Assembly: GCA_963830935.1 (NCBI GenBank)
Contig: CAWHOC010000002.1
Coordinates: 1-43,867 of the forward strand
DNA from: an uncultured bacterium
Lineage (GTDB): Bacteria; Patescibacteriota; Minisyncoccia; UBA6257; 2-01-FULL-56-20
DNA: 43,867 bases
Direction of reading: 5' to 3'
Part shown: in pieces, positions 18,999 through 27,441 of the stretch
Numbering within the stretch: the first letter of the stretch is position 1
How the letters are laid out: each line of letters begins with the position of its first letter
The notes under the pieces: generated by a model
Database searches by the model: none
Seen by the model: only the letters and a program-made list of their open reading frames with translations
What the model was told of the DNA's origin: nothing
Made by a program: the position numbers and the translations under genes

Positions 18999-20226
18999 GT
19001 TGTATAGGAAATGCGACGGTAAACGTTGAGCCGAGCCCTTGTTGGCTCTCTATGGCAATCGTTCCCGAGAGATCTTTTTCTATGATATTGTTGATGGTCG
19101 CGAGGCCGATGCCGATCCCTTTCTGAGCATCCTTTGTGGTAAAAAATGGCTCAAATATACGGGCACGGACCGCAGGCGTCATGCCACATCCGTTGTCGGT
19201 CACGCGGAGCGTTGCCACCCCATCTTTTTCTTCAATAAAGATCTCGATGGTGCGCACGCGAGTATCCTCGGCACCAACGCCCTCGTATGATTCGATGGCA
19301 TTCATGAGGAGATTGATGACGATCTCCTGGAATTTGAACGGCGCGTCATACTGCACGATGTCCGCATGAGTATCGTGCCGGAACACGATACGGATATGCT
19401 CTTTATTTGCCTGGTAATTGACGAGCTGGATGGCTTGCTTGACGCCCTGGATGAGCGAGAATGATTCCTTCTCGCTTTCTCCGCGGATCTGCTTTCGCAC
19501 CGCCTGCATGAATCCCTGGATCTGCTTTGTGGTATCGAATGCGCTTGCAAGCGCCGGATCCGCTTCATCATTAGCTTTGAGCGAGAGGACATTCAGCAGA
19601 TTGAGGATATCGTGGAACAATCCAGACGATAATTGGCCGAGTTCAGCGAGGCGATTCAGTTGTTTCACTTTTTCAAGCTGTGTTTTGCGGAGTTCGTCGG
19701 TGCGTTCCTCCACTTTTATCTCCAGCAGGTCACGTTCTTCCTTGAGCGCTTGCTCGGAGGCCCGCGCCCGCCGCAGCGAACGCTCGATCTCGCGGTTATA
19801 CAGCCACGCGACGATCATAATAAGGAAGTACAGTATCGAGAAGACAACGGCGTCGTCCGCGCTCATGATCTGGGCTTGTGTGGCTACCATTCCGTGGAGC
19901 TGCGCATACCACAGCGGAATGATGAATGCGGCGATGGCGCCGGTGACGAAAAATCCGAACTTCGTTCCCCGGAGGATGGTCGCCATGACGATGATGAGGG
20001 CGTAGGCGATCAGCACCATCTGCATCCCAACGCCGTATCGATATGCGGCATAGCTGTCGCTTACAAAATAGGCGGCTATCAAAAGAAAAGACGCCGTATT
20101 GTAGAAGCCCCGCCGCGAGAGTAGGTAGAGGAGGATGAAGAATGCTGGTAATACTCGAGAATAACGCGAACGGGATGCCTTGGTGGCTGCTCCCTTCCCG
20201 GAGCGAATAAAAGAGGACGAGCGCAT
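18934..20226 (-). CDS. sensor histidine kinase
   Basis: TM segments, an H-box (LSSGLFHDILNLLN), N-box NLLMNAIESY, DNGCGM, FEPFFTTK, GIGIGLA. A possible N-terminal extension to 20308 (MDENDLPRRANILNVILVGSLVMLVIL...) would need one more frameshift. Confidence 0.85.
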   Translation of the reverse strand: MRSSSFIRSGKGAATKASRSRYSRVLPAFFILLYLLSRRGFYNTASFLLIAAYFVSDSYAAYRYGVGMQMVLIAYALIIVMATILRGTKFGFFVTGAIAAFIIPLWYAQLHGMVATQAQIMSADDAVVFSILYFLIMIVAWLYNREIERSLRRARASEQALKEERDLLEIKVEERTDELRKTQLEKVKQLNRLAELGQLSSGLFHDILNLLNVLSLKANDEADPALASAFDTTKQIQGFMQAVRKQIRGESEKESFSLIQGVKQAIQLVNYQANKEHIRIVFRHDTHADIVQYDAPFKFQEIVINLLMNAIESYEGVGAEDTRVRTIEIFIEEKDGVATLRVTDNGCGMTPAVRARIFEPFFTTKDAQKGIGIGLATINNIIEKDLSGTIAIESQQGLGSTFTVAFPIQHAEIPGTDTSGHRPHTKRTIP

Positions 20227-20313
20227 CGAGTATTACCAGCATCACTAACGACCCGACCAGAATGACGTTCAGGATATTCGCTCTTCTTGGTAGATCGTTT
20301 TCATCCATGGCAG

Positions 20314-20502
20314 TTAGGCCCAGGATTCAAAAGGATCCTCGGCTATGGCCATTACTTCCATCTGTTCCGCTTCGCGCGCCGATTCGTCGGTAAGGATCTT
20401 TTCCAATAATGTGTTCATGAGGATATCGTGTGAGATATTTTTCGACCTTTCCCACGCATTATACTCATCGCACATTAAATATATATTAACTAAAAATGAC
20501 AT
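20314..20502 (-). CDS. small acidic hypothetical protein (real start may be the internal Met, MCDEYNAWERS...)
   Basis: 62-aa ORF between the response regulator and the kinase. Its 5' end overlaps the 22-bp hairpin arm. Confidence 0.3.
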   Translation of the reverse strand: MSFLVNIYLMCDEYNAWERSKNISHDILMNTLLEKILTDESAREAEQMEVMAIAEDPFESWA

Positions 20503-20560
20503 AAAGTATGAGCCTCACCGAACGGTCATCTGCAGGGAGGTGAGGCTCATACTTTATGTC
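20498..20560 (-). terminator. perfect 22-bp inverted repeat hairpin immediately after the response-regulator stop (terminator/attenuator-like)
   Basis: 20498-20519 is the exact reverse complement of 20539-20560, with a 19-nt loop. On the minus strand it is followed by ATTTTT. Confidence 0.55.
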
Positions 20561-20561
20561 T

Positions 20562-21227
20562 TTAACCAACAATGAAGCCGTGGCCGGGAACGGCGTGGAT
20601 GAACGCATCTTTATCTTTCGGGTCGATCTTTCTGCGGAGGTTCATGATGTGCATCTCAATGCTTTTCGAGAACTGATCCACGCTGCTGTCCCAGACGTGT
20701 TCCAGTATCATACCGCGGGAAACCACCTTCCCGGCGTTCTTCATAAGATATTCCAATAGCATAAATTCCTTTGGGGTGAGGCCCTCTCTTCGTTTATGAA
20801 AAGTGAATGAATATGTTTCCCGGTCGAGTGTCAGGCCGTCAACGAAAAGTACTTTTCCCTCAATGCTCTGCGGGCGGCGTAAGAGCGCTTTCACGCGCGC
20901 CGCCAGTTCGCTGAACACATAGGGCTTCGTAATATAATCGTCCGCGCCGCAGTCGAGCAGGCTGACCTTATCTTCTATCTCCGCCGCCGCGCTCAATATC
21001 AAAATCGGCGCGTTCATTTTATATTCCCGTAACTCCGAGCATATCTCCGAGCCGTCTTTTCCCGGCAGTCCCTTGTCGAGAAGAATAAGGTCGTAATCGT
21101 TCGTGCGGGCTTTGTAGAAACCTTTCTCGCCGTCGTGCTCCACATCCACCGCATAGCATTCGGCCTCAAGTTTGCGCTTTAGGGTTGCCGCCGTTTCTTC
21201 CTGGTCTTCGACCACGAGGATTCTCAT
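20562..21227 (-). CDS. OmpR/PhoB-family response regulator
   Basis: Receiver domain (MRILVVEDQ..., DLILLD, ADDYITKP) plus a winged-helix C-terminus (LTPKEFMLLEYL...VWD). Confidence 0.9.
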   Translation of the reverse strand: MRILVVEDQEETAATLKRKLEAECYAVDVEHDGEKGFYKARTNDYDLILLDKGLPGKDGSEICSELREYKMNAPILILSAAAEIEDKVSLLDCGADDYITKPYVFSELAARVKALLRRPQSIEGKVLFVDGLTLDRETYSFTFHKRREGLTPKEFMLLEYLMKNAGKVVSRGMILEHVWDSSVDQFSKSIEMHIMNLRRKIDPKDKDAFIHAVPGHGFIVG

Positions 21228-21397
21228 GCAATTGTTATTCAGTATACACCAAGTCGGCCGAACCCGTGGACCCGCCGGAACTTGCGCCCGGTTCCCCGTT
21301 TTGGCAAAAGCGGTGTCCTACTCCATAGACGACGGGCCCCACGATCCACAGGCAAAGCCACAGTATCATAAAGTGCATTAAATCTATCTAAACAAAA

Positions 21398-21422
21398 ACG
21401 GCCACAGCAAGTGGTCGTTTTT
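21398..21422. terminator. hairpin with flanking A/T runs (bidirectional terminator-like) in the intergenic region
   Basis: acggccac-agcaa-gtggtcgt followed by ttttt, with aaaaa on the other side. Confidence 0.45.
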
Positions 21423-21498
21423 GCGCCAAAACGGAGATGAGATCCGTCACCTAACGGATCACCGCTTTCGTAAATAATTCTAGTGATTTTCCGGGCAA

Positions 21499-21539
21499 TG
21501 TCAAAATCCATTTAATGATTTTTTAATGTTTCCTTGACT
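21499..21539 (+). promoter_or_regulatory. copy A of a ~41-nt AT-rich motif with 11-bp phased TTTAATG repeats and a TTGACT box
   Basis: tgtcaaaatccatttaatgattttttaatgtttccttgact. About 34/41 identical to 23450-23491. Confidence 0.45.
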
Positions 21540-21576
21540 GCTAAAGAACTCGCGTATGGTAAAAGTAAAAATGGAA

Positions 21577-21612
21577 TAAAAAAGCGCTCCGGGACGTTAA
21601 CATCCGGAGCGC
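21577..21612 (-). terminator. rho-independent terminator for the 21622-21864 gene
   Basis: On the minus strand: gcgctccgg-loop-ccggagcgc followed by a T-run. Confidence 0.65.
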
Positions 21613-21621
21613 CAATGGGAG

Positions 21622-21864
21622 CTAGAAAGGAGCCTTCCCATGATCTTTAAATGCATTTCCCAGGGCTAGTTGCATCGCCACCTGCGCTAAGTCCCTTGGT
21701 TCTCGGACGGTATGTGGGTGAACCACCCGACCGGGGAGAGTTTCAGAGGCAGAGGGGAGTGCTGCGCCGCACTTTCTGCACCGTCCATTCGCCGTCCGAT
21801 ATTGCTTAAGCTTGCAGCGTTGGTTTTCACACCGCACCACTTCCTTACTGAGAGACATGCCCAC
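21622..21864 (-). CDS. small zinc-ribbon protein, hypothetical
   Basis: MSLSKEVVRCENQRCKLKQYRTANGRCRKCGAAL has a CxxxC...CxxC arrangement. It has its own terminator. Confidence 0.4.
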   Translation of the reverse strand: MGMSLSKEVVRCENQRCKLKQYRTANGRCRKCGAALPSASETLPGRVVHPHTVREPRDLAQVAMQLALGNAFKDHGKAPF

Positions 21865-21986
21865 ACCCTTTCCTTTGCCGCAGGCTTTATGTAATCACTC
21901 TTCTTTGGATAAGTCAAAAATTATTTTTAAAAATTAAATATTTCATCGGTCGCCTGGGCGGCTTCCCCGCATGGTACAATAATAAA

Positions 21987-22826
21987 ATGTCAGGCGGCGT
22001 ATTTGACCCACAGGGCCCGATAGCGTTAGAGGAGCGGAATCTGATCATTCTGGCCGTCGTTCTCATGCTCCTTATCGCCATCCCGATGCTCGTTTTGCTC
22101 TACACGTTCGCGTGGAAATACCGCGCGGGGAACAAGAAGGCGAAGTACGATCCGGAGCATGTGGGCAACGCATGGCGCCAGATCCTTTGGTGGGTAATCC
22201 CGGCGGTGATCATCGTGGCGCTCGCGTTCGTGGATTGGGCGAGCACGCACGCGCTCGATCCCTTCGCGCCGATCGTGTCCAATAATCCGCCGCTCACGAT
22301 CGAGGTGGTGGCGCTCCAGTGGAAGTGGCTCTTCATTTATCCGGCGCAGGGGATCGCGACGGTCAATTACATACAGTTCCCGGAACAGACGCCGGTGCAT
22401 TTTGTGTTGACGGCGGACGCGCCGATGAGCTCGTTTTGGATCCCGGAGCTCGGCAGTCAGATCTACGCGATGGCGGCGATGCAGACCCAGCTCAGTTTGG
22501 AGGCGAGCTCGACGGGGGAGTACATCGGCAAAGATACGGAGATCAACGGCGCAGGATACGCGGGGATGACCTTTACCGCGCAGTCGGTGTCGCAGGAAGA
22601 TTTCAACGCATGGGTCGCGTCCGTAAAGAATTCATCGAATACGCTCACGCCCGCCGTGTACAACAATACGCTCATGCCGCCGAGCGAAAACGTGCCATCG
22701 TCAACCTACTCGTCCGTGGACCCAAGTTTGTATGATACGATTCTTATGAAGTATATGATCCCGCCCACGAGCACATCGCCGACGAGCGGATCTGACACTG
22801 GTTCGATGCCCGGCATGACGATGTAG
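21987..22826 (+). CDS. cyoA: cytochrome bo3-type quinol oxidase subunit II
   Basis: Close to the CyoA pattern as recalled from E. coli: DPQGPIALEERNLI, FAWKYRAGNKKAKYDPE, IEVVALQWKWLFIYPAQGIATVN, SFWIPELGSQIYAMAAMQTQL. No CuA Cys/His motif. Starts at the mature-protein position with no lipoprotein signal peptide. Confidence 0.9.
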   Translation: MSGGVFDPQGPIALEERNLIILAVVLMLLIAIPMLVLLYTFAWKYRAGNKKAKYDPEHVGNAWRQILWWVIPAVIIVALAFVDWASTHALDPFAPIVSNNPPLTIEVVALQWKWLFIYPAQGIATVNYIQFPEQTPVHFVLTADAPMSSFWIPELGSQIYAMAAMQTQLSLEASSTGEYIGKDTEINGAGYAGMTFTAQSVSQEDFNAWVASVKNSSNTLTPAVYNNTLMPPSENVPSSTYSSVDPSLYDTILMKYMIPPTSTSPTSGSDTGSMPGMTM

Positions 22827-22876
22827 TTGTTTAAGATAGTTTTAATCCCCGCACGTTACCATGAGGCAATCGCCTT

Positions 22877-23326
22877 ATGGAATACAAAAAGATTTTTATC
22901 GAGCGTATTTTAGGTACTGCCTTAAAGTCACCGATCATCTCCGCGAAGATTTTTATCTGTTCCATCACAACGGAGATCCAGATGGTGATCTACGGGAGCG
23001 GCCACATATGCCAGTCGGTTTTTCTGAATACGTGGGCGTTAAAGCATATTTACGACAGGCACCGTTATGATAAGGATGCCATGCCTGATTTTTATCTTAT
23101 ATTCGACAATTTTCTCCCAATCATGGCGGATCCCGATCGTATATACAGAAACATTCCAGGGAAACGTGGGCAATTCCTTTTTATCAAACGTGTTGGCGGG
23201 AAACTCTGTTTATGCTCGGTGGAGATTTTGGGACCACGAAAAGATATCGCCATCGTTTCGGCGTCCATTACCGGAGAGAAATATCTGGATAAATTTACCC
23301 TATTGTGGAGTCGGGAGGACGGCTAA
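22877..23326 (+). CDS. hypothetical protein in an AT-rich insert between cyoA and cyoB (weakly reminiscent of phage/toxin-associated Barnase-EndoU-ColicinE5/D-RelE-like nuclease domains)
   Basis: 149-aa ORF at about 40% GC. Has ALKHIYDRHRYDK...IMADPDRIYRN...GKRGQFLFIK. The family assignment is from memory only. Confidence 0.5.
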   Translation: MEYKKIFIERILGTALKSPIISAKIFICSITTEIQMVIYGSGHICQSVFLNTWALKHIYDRHRYDKDAMPDFYLIFDNFLPIMADPDRIYRNIPGKRGQFLFIKRVGGKLCLCSVEILGPRKDIAIVSASITGEKYLDKFTLLWSREDG

Positions 23327-23449
23327 CCCTCCATCGCAGAGCACGGATCGAAGATCGCGAGCTCCCAACAGTAGAGCCTTCCTGCTATTTCGACCCCACA
23401 ATAAGGTACATTCTATCTACATATGCAAGTATAGCTTTGAACAGACAAC

Positions 23450-23491
23450 TGTCAAATTCATTTTAATCATTTTTTAATGTAAAATTTGACT
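23450..23491 (+). promoter_or_regulatory. copy B of the ~41-nt AT-rich motif, ending at the cyoB start codon
   Basis: tgtcaaattcattttaatcattttttaatgtaaaatttgact. See copy A at 21499-21539. Confidence 0.45.
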
Positions 23492-25495
23492 ATGGAGCAT
23501 TTCCTTCTCGGCAACATCACGTGGAGCGATCTTCCTCACCAGTGGTTTACCATCGGCGGGACGGGGACTATCATTATCGGTCTCATTGCGATTGCGGCGG
23601 TGCTCACGTACTTCAAACGCTGGAAATGGCTTTGGAAAGAATGGCTGACCTCCACCGACCCGAAGAAGATCGGGATCATGTACATCGTGATGGCGTCGGT
23701 CATGCTCTTCCGTGGGGGACTGGACGCGATCATGATCTGGCTCCAGCAGTCCATCGCCTCCGGCAACGCGCCGGGCATTCTCGGCGCCACGCACGGCTAT
23801 CTTGATGCAAGCCACTTCCAGCAGATCTTCACGGCGCACGGCGACATCATGGTGTTCTTCGTGACGATGGGATTCTTTTTTGGCCTCATGAACCTGATCG
23901 TGCCCCTCCAGATCGGCGCGCGCGACCTCGCGTTCCCGTTCCTTAACTCGCTCGGATTCTGGCTCTATGTAGCGGGTGCTATCTTTATTAATATGTTCTT
24001 CGTGGTCGGCGGCGAGTTCGCGGCGAGCGGTTGGCTGTCGCTCCCACCGCTCTCGGAACTGCAGTTCAGTCCGGGCACCGGCGTGGATTATTGGATATGG
24101 TCTCTCCAAATATCCGGGCTCGGATCCCTGCTCGGCGGCATCAACTTCCTCGTAACGATCATCAAGATGCGCGTGAAGGGGATGACGCTCATGAAGATGC
24201 CGCTCTTCACCTGGACATCGCTCTGCAGTATGGCACTCGTGGTCGCCGCATTTCCGGTGCTCACTATCACGACGCTTCTGCTCTGGTACGACCGCTTCTT
24301 CGGCATGCATTTCTTTACGACGGGCTTCGGGGGCAATCCGATGCTGTATGTGAACCTCATTTGGATGTGGGGTCATCCGGAGGTCTATATTCTGGTCATC
24401 CCCGCATTCGGAATATTCTCTGAGATCGTCGCTACGTTCTCCGGTAAGAAAATATTCGGTTATGTGTCCATGGTGTGCGCCGCGATCTGCATCACTCTGC
24501 TCTCGTTCCTCGTCTGGTTACACCACTTCTTTACGATGGGCGCCGGCGCGGACGTGGACGCGTTCTTCGGCATCATGACGGGGATCATCGCGATCCCGAC
24601 GGCGGTGCAGATCTTCAATTGGATCGCCACGATGTTCCGCGGCCGGATCCGGTTCAGTACGCCCATGATGTATTTCATGGGATTCGTCAGCTTGTTCACG
24701 TGGGGCGGCATGGCGGGCGTTCTGCTCTCCATTCCCGGCGCGGATTTTGAACTGCACAATAGTTTATTCCTCGTCGCGCATTTCCACACGATGATCGTGA
24801 GTGCCGCGCTCTTTGGCATCTTCGCGGGCATCACGTACTGGTTCCCCAAAATCATGGGATTCAAGCTGAACGAGCGTGTCGGCCGCCGCGCGTTCTGGTT
24901 GTGGGTAGTCGGGTTTTTCGTTTCGTTCACCCCGCTCTATATATTGGGATTCATGGGCGCCACGCGCCGGCTTGATTCCTACGCCGCCTCCACCGGCTAT
25001 CAGCCGTTCTTCATCTGCGCTGGCATCGGCGTCTGCATCATCGCCGCGGGCGTGCTCACGCAGGTGTGGCAGGTGTACGTCAGCGTGCGCGATCGCAAGA
25101 AGAATATGGACACGACAGGTGATCCGTGGGACGGTCGCACGCTCGAGTGGGCGACGTCATCACCCGTGCCGTTCTACGATTTTGCGAAGGAGCCGGTGGT
25201 GAGCAGCCGCGACGAATTTTGGGAGATGAAGAAGCGGGGGGATTGGCCGCACGCCGTCGCCGCGGCGAAGTACGAGGACATCGAGCTCTCAAGGAACACC
25301 GGCATGGCGATCTACCTTTCGGGATTCTTCTTCCTGTTCTCGTTCGGCGCGGTGTGGCACATCATCTGGCTCATGGCGCTTGGTCTCATTGGTTGCATCG
25401 CGTGCATCATTATCCGCTCGTTCGATGAGGATACCGAGTATACTATTCCCGCCGCGGAAGTCGAAAAAATGGAACAACTGGCATGGAAAAAATAG
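23492..25495 (+). CDS. cyoB: cytochrome bo3-type quinol oxidase subunit I (heme-copper oxidase)
   Basis: 667-aa intact ORF. Has WMWGHPEVYILVIPAFG, HHFFTMG, VAHFHT and 12 or more TM helices. The track start at TTG 23486 is replaced by ATG 23492. Confidence 0.95.
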   Translation: MEHFLLGNITWSDLPHQWFTIGGTGTIIIGLIAIAAVLTYFKRWKWLWKEWLTSTDPKKIGIMYIVMASVMLFRGGLDAIMIWLQQSIASGNAPGILGATHGYLDASHFQQIFTAHGDIMVFFVTMGFFFGLMNLIVPLQIGARDLAFPFLNSLGFWLYVAGAIFINMFFVVGGEFAASGWLSLPPLSELQFSPGTGVDYWIWSLQISGLGSLLGGINFLVTIIKMRVKGMTLMKMPLFTWTSLCSMALVVAAFPVLTITTLLLWYDRFFGMHFFTTGFGGNPMLYVNLIWMWGHPEVYILVIPAFGIFSEIVATFSGKKIFGYVSMVCAAICITLLSFLVWLHHFFTMGAGADVDAFFGIMTGIIAIPTAVQIFNWIATMFRGRIRFSTPMMYFMGFVSLFTWGGMAGVLLSIPGADFELHNSLFLVAHFHTMIVSAALFGIFAGITYWFPKIMGFKLNERVGRRAFWLWVVGFFVSFTPLYILGFMGATRRLDSYAASTGYQPFFICAGIGVCIIAAGVLTQVWQVYVSVRDRKKNMDTTGDPWDGRTLEWATSSPVPFYDFAKEPVVSSRDEFWEMKKRGDWPHAVAAAKYEDIELSRNTGMAIYLSGFFFLFSFGAVWHIIWLMALGLIGCIACIIIRSFDEDTEYTIPAAEVEKMEQLAWKK

Positions 25496-26046
25496 CTGAC
25501 CGGCACGCATTCGGATTCTGGGTCTATCTGATGACCGACCTTGTAATCTTCGGAGTGTTGTTCGCCGTATATTTTGTGCTTCGGGACAGCACATTCGGCG
25601 GCCCGTCATCCAACGACCTGTTCAGCTTGTCGACGGCGCTCACGAACACGATCGTGCTTCTGACATCGAGCTTCACATGCGGACTCGCCACACTCGCGGC
25701 GCGATCAAAAAAATTGAATCAGACGATCGCATGGCTTTCCGTCACGTTTGTGCTTGGCGCCACGTTCCTCGGGCTGGAGCTCAGCGAGTTCTCCCGCTTT
25801 GTCACCATGGGCGCGAGCTGGCAGAGGAGCGCGTTCCTTTCCGCATTCTTTACGCTGGTGGGCACGCACGGCCTCCACATCGCGGTGGGGCTGCTGTGGA
25901 TCATGGTCGCGATCATCCAACTCAAGGTCCGCGGGCTCACGCCGGGCGTCGTCTCAAAGCTCGACCGCTTCACCCTTTTCTGGCACTTCCTCGACATCGT
26001 CTGGATCTTCATCTTCACGACGGTCTATCTTATGGGAATCATGTAG
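25483..26046 (+). CDS. cyoC: quinol oxidase subunit III
   Basis: FGFWVYLMTDLVIFGVLFAVY and LVGTHGLHIAVGLLW. Operon position. Confidence 0.9.
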   Translation: MEKIADRHAFGFWVYLMTDLVIFGVLFAVYFVLRDSTFGGPSSNDLFSLSTALTNTIVLLTSSFTCGLATLAARSKKLNQTIAWLSVTFVLGATFLGLELSEFSRFVTMGASWQRSAFLSAFFTLVGTHGLHIAVGLLWIMVAIIQLKVRGLTPGVVSKLDRFTLFWHFLDIVWIFIFTTVYLMGIM

Positions 26047-26061
26047 CACTATCGTAACGCC

Positions 26062-26421
26062 ATGAAAAAAACACTGACATCATACATTATGGGATTCGTG
26101 CTTTCACTCGTGCTCACGATCGGAGCGGCGTGGCTCGTCTCGGCATATATAAGCTCCGGCCGCGCGACGTTCGCGCCCGATGTGCTCATTGGCATCGTTC
26201 TCGCCCTTGCGATCGTCCAGCTGTTCGTCCAGCTCATATTCTTCATGCATCTCGCGGACGAATCCGGGCCACGCTGGAAGCTCGGCGCGCTCATCTCAGC
26301 GGTGGGCATCATTCTCATCGTGGTCGTCGGCTCCATCTGGATCATGGACCACCTGAACTACAACATGATGGCCTCGCCGGCGGATATGAACACATACATC
26401 CAAAGCCAGGATGGGTTCTAG
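26062..26421 (+). CDS. cyoD: quinol oxidase subunit IV
   Basis: 119 aa, three TM helices, YIMGFVLSLVLT...QLFVQLIFFMHL. Operon position. Confidence 0.85.
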   Translation: MKKTLTSYIMGFVLSLVLTIGAAWLVSAYISSGRATFAPDVLIGIVLALAIVQLFVQLIFFMHLADESGPRWKLGALISAVGIILIVVVGSIWIMDHLNYNMMASPADMNTYIQSQDGF

Positions 26422-26458
26422 GAGACCGAGTAACTAGCAAACTAGGAAACTAGCAAGA

Positions 26459-27382
26459 ATGAAATATTATTACGAACTTACGAAAGCAGGACTGGTGCTC
26501 GGCAACCTCGTTACCGTGGTCGCGGGATTTTTGCTCGGCGCGCGGGTCCTGCACGGGATCATCGGCACGCTGCCTTTGAACCCGGGGCTCTTCCTTGCGA
26601 CGGTCGTGGGCATCGCGCTCGTGATGGCGTCGGGGTGCGTGTTCAATAATTACATCGACCGGGATATTGACGTGAAGATGGATCGCACAAAAAATCGAGC
26701 GCTCATCAAGGGGCACGTTTCCCCGCACGACGCCCTTGTTTTTGCTTCCGCGCTCGGCGCCATCGGTTTTCTCCTGCTCATATTCTGCACCAACCTTTTC
26801 GCCACGCTCGCGGCGGTCACCGGATTTATTTTCTATGTGTTCGCGTACAGCTTGTGGGGGAAGCGCAATTCCGTATACGGCACGTTCATCGGCGCCATCG
26901 CCGGTGCCACGCCGCCCGTGGTGGGCTACGCCGCGGCGAGCGGGCGGATCGATCTCGCGGCGGCGCTCCTGTTTCTCATCATGCTCGCGTGGCAGATGTC
27001 GCACTTTTTTGCGATCGCCATCCGGCGCCATGACGATTATGCCGCCGCGGGGATCCCGGTCATGCCCGTCAAGAACGGTCTCCGGCGCACGAAGTTCAGC
27101 ATGCTCATCTATATCATAGAATTCATGCTCGCGGCGTCTTTGCTTTTCATCTTTGGTTACGCCGGAATGACATACCTTGTCATCGCACTCGTGTCGGGCT
27201 TCGTATGGCTCGCGGCCGGACTCCGCGGATTCTGGATAGGGGACGGCGGCGGCGCGCCACAGAACAACGCGGCACGCGTGAGCGACGCCAATCGCGACTG
27301 GGCGCGGCAGATGTTCTTCCTTTCGCTCATCGTCATGATGGTGTTTTTCATCACGATCGCGGTGGGGGCTGTGGTGGGCTGA
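26459..27382 (+). CDS. cyoE: protoheme IX farnesyltransferase (heme O synthase)
   Basis: UbiA-family motif NNYIDRDIDVKMDRTKNR, polytopic. Operon position. Confidence 0.9.
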   Translation: MKYYYELTKAGLVLGNLVTVVAGFLLGARVLHGIIGTLPLNPGLFLATVVGIALVMASGCVFNNYIDRDIDVKMDRTKNRALIKGHVSPHDALVFASALGAIGFLLLIFCTNLFATLAAVTGFIFYVFAYSLWGKRNSVYGTFIGAIAGATPPVVGYAAASGRIDLAAALLFLIMLAWQMSHFFAIAIRRHDDYAAAGIPVMPVKNGLRRTKFSMLIYIIEFMLAASLLFIFGYAGMTYLVIALVSGFVWLAAGLRGFWIGDGGGAPQNNAARVSDANRDWARQMFFLSLIVMMVFFITIAVGAVVG

Positions 27383-27441
27383 CACCGGTTGCTCCGCGTC
27401 AATTTTTCATATATAAAGATGAGAGAAGGAGAGGCGCAACC

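Noticed and set aside
21228-21440. Possible small RNA, SRP RNA, tmRNA or RNase P RNA in the long intergenic region upstream of the response regulator.
   Set aside because: No conserved core motifs could be found by eye on either strand (SRP helix 8 GGAA/AGCA, the RNase P GGAAAGUCCGG, a tmRNA tRNA-like end). Only a bidirectional terminator-like hairpin (21398-21422) is supported. A covariance-model scan would be needed.
23474-24376. Long antisense or alternative-frame ORFs opposite well-supported genes. Examples: 23474-24376(-), 26450-27385(-), 3132-4118(-), 3833-4561(-), 13174-13920(+), 1657-2478(+), 10718-11452(-), 10752-11561(-).
   Set aside because: They are Arg/His/Pro/Ser-rich with no motifs and mirror strongly supported CDSs (cyoB, cyoE, hisS, PP2C, rmuC, hydrolase, ftsZ). 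This is the typical result of GC-rich third positions.
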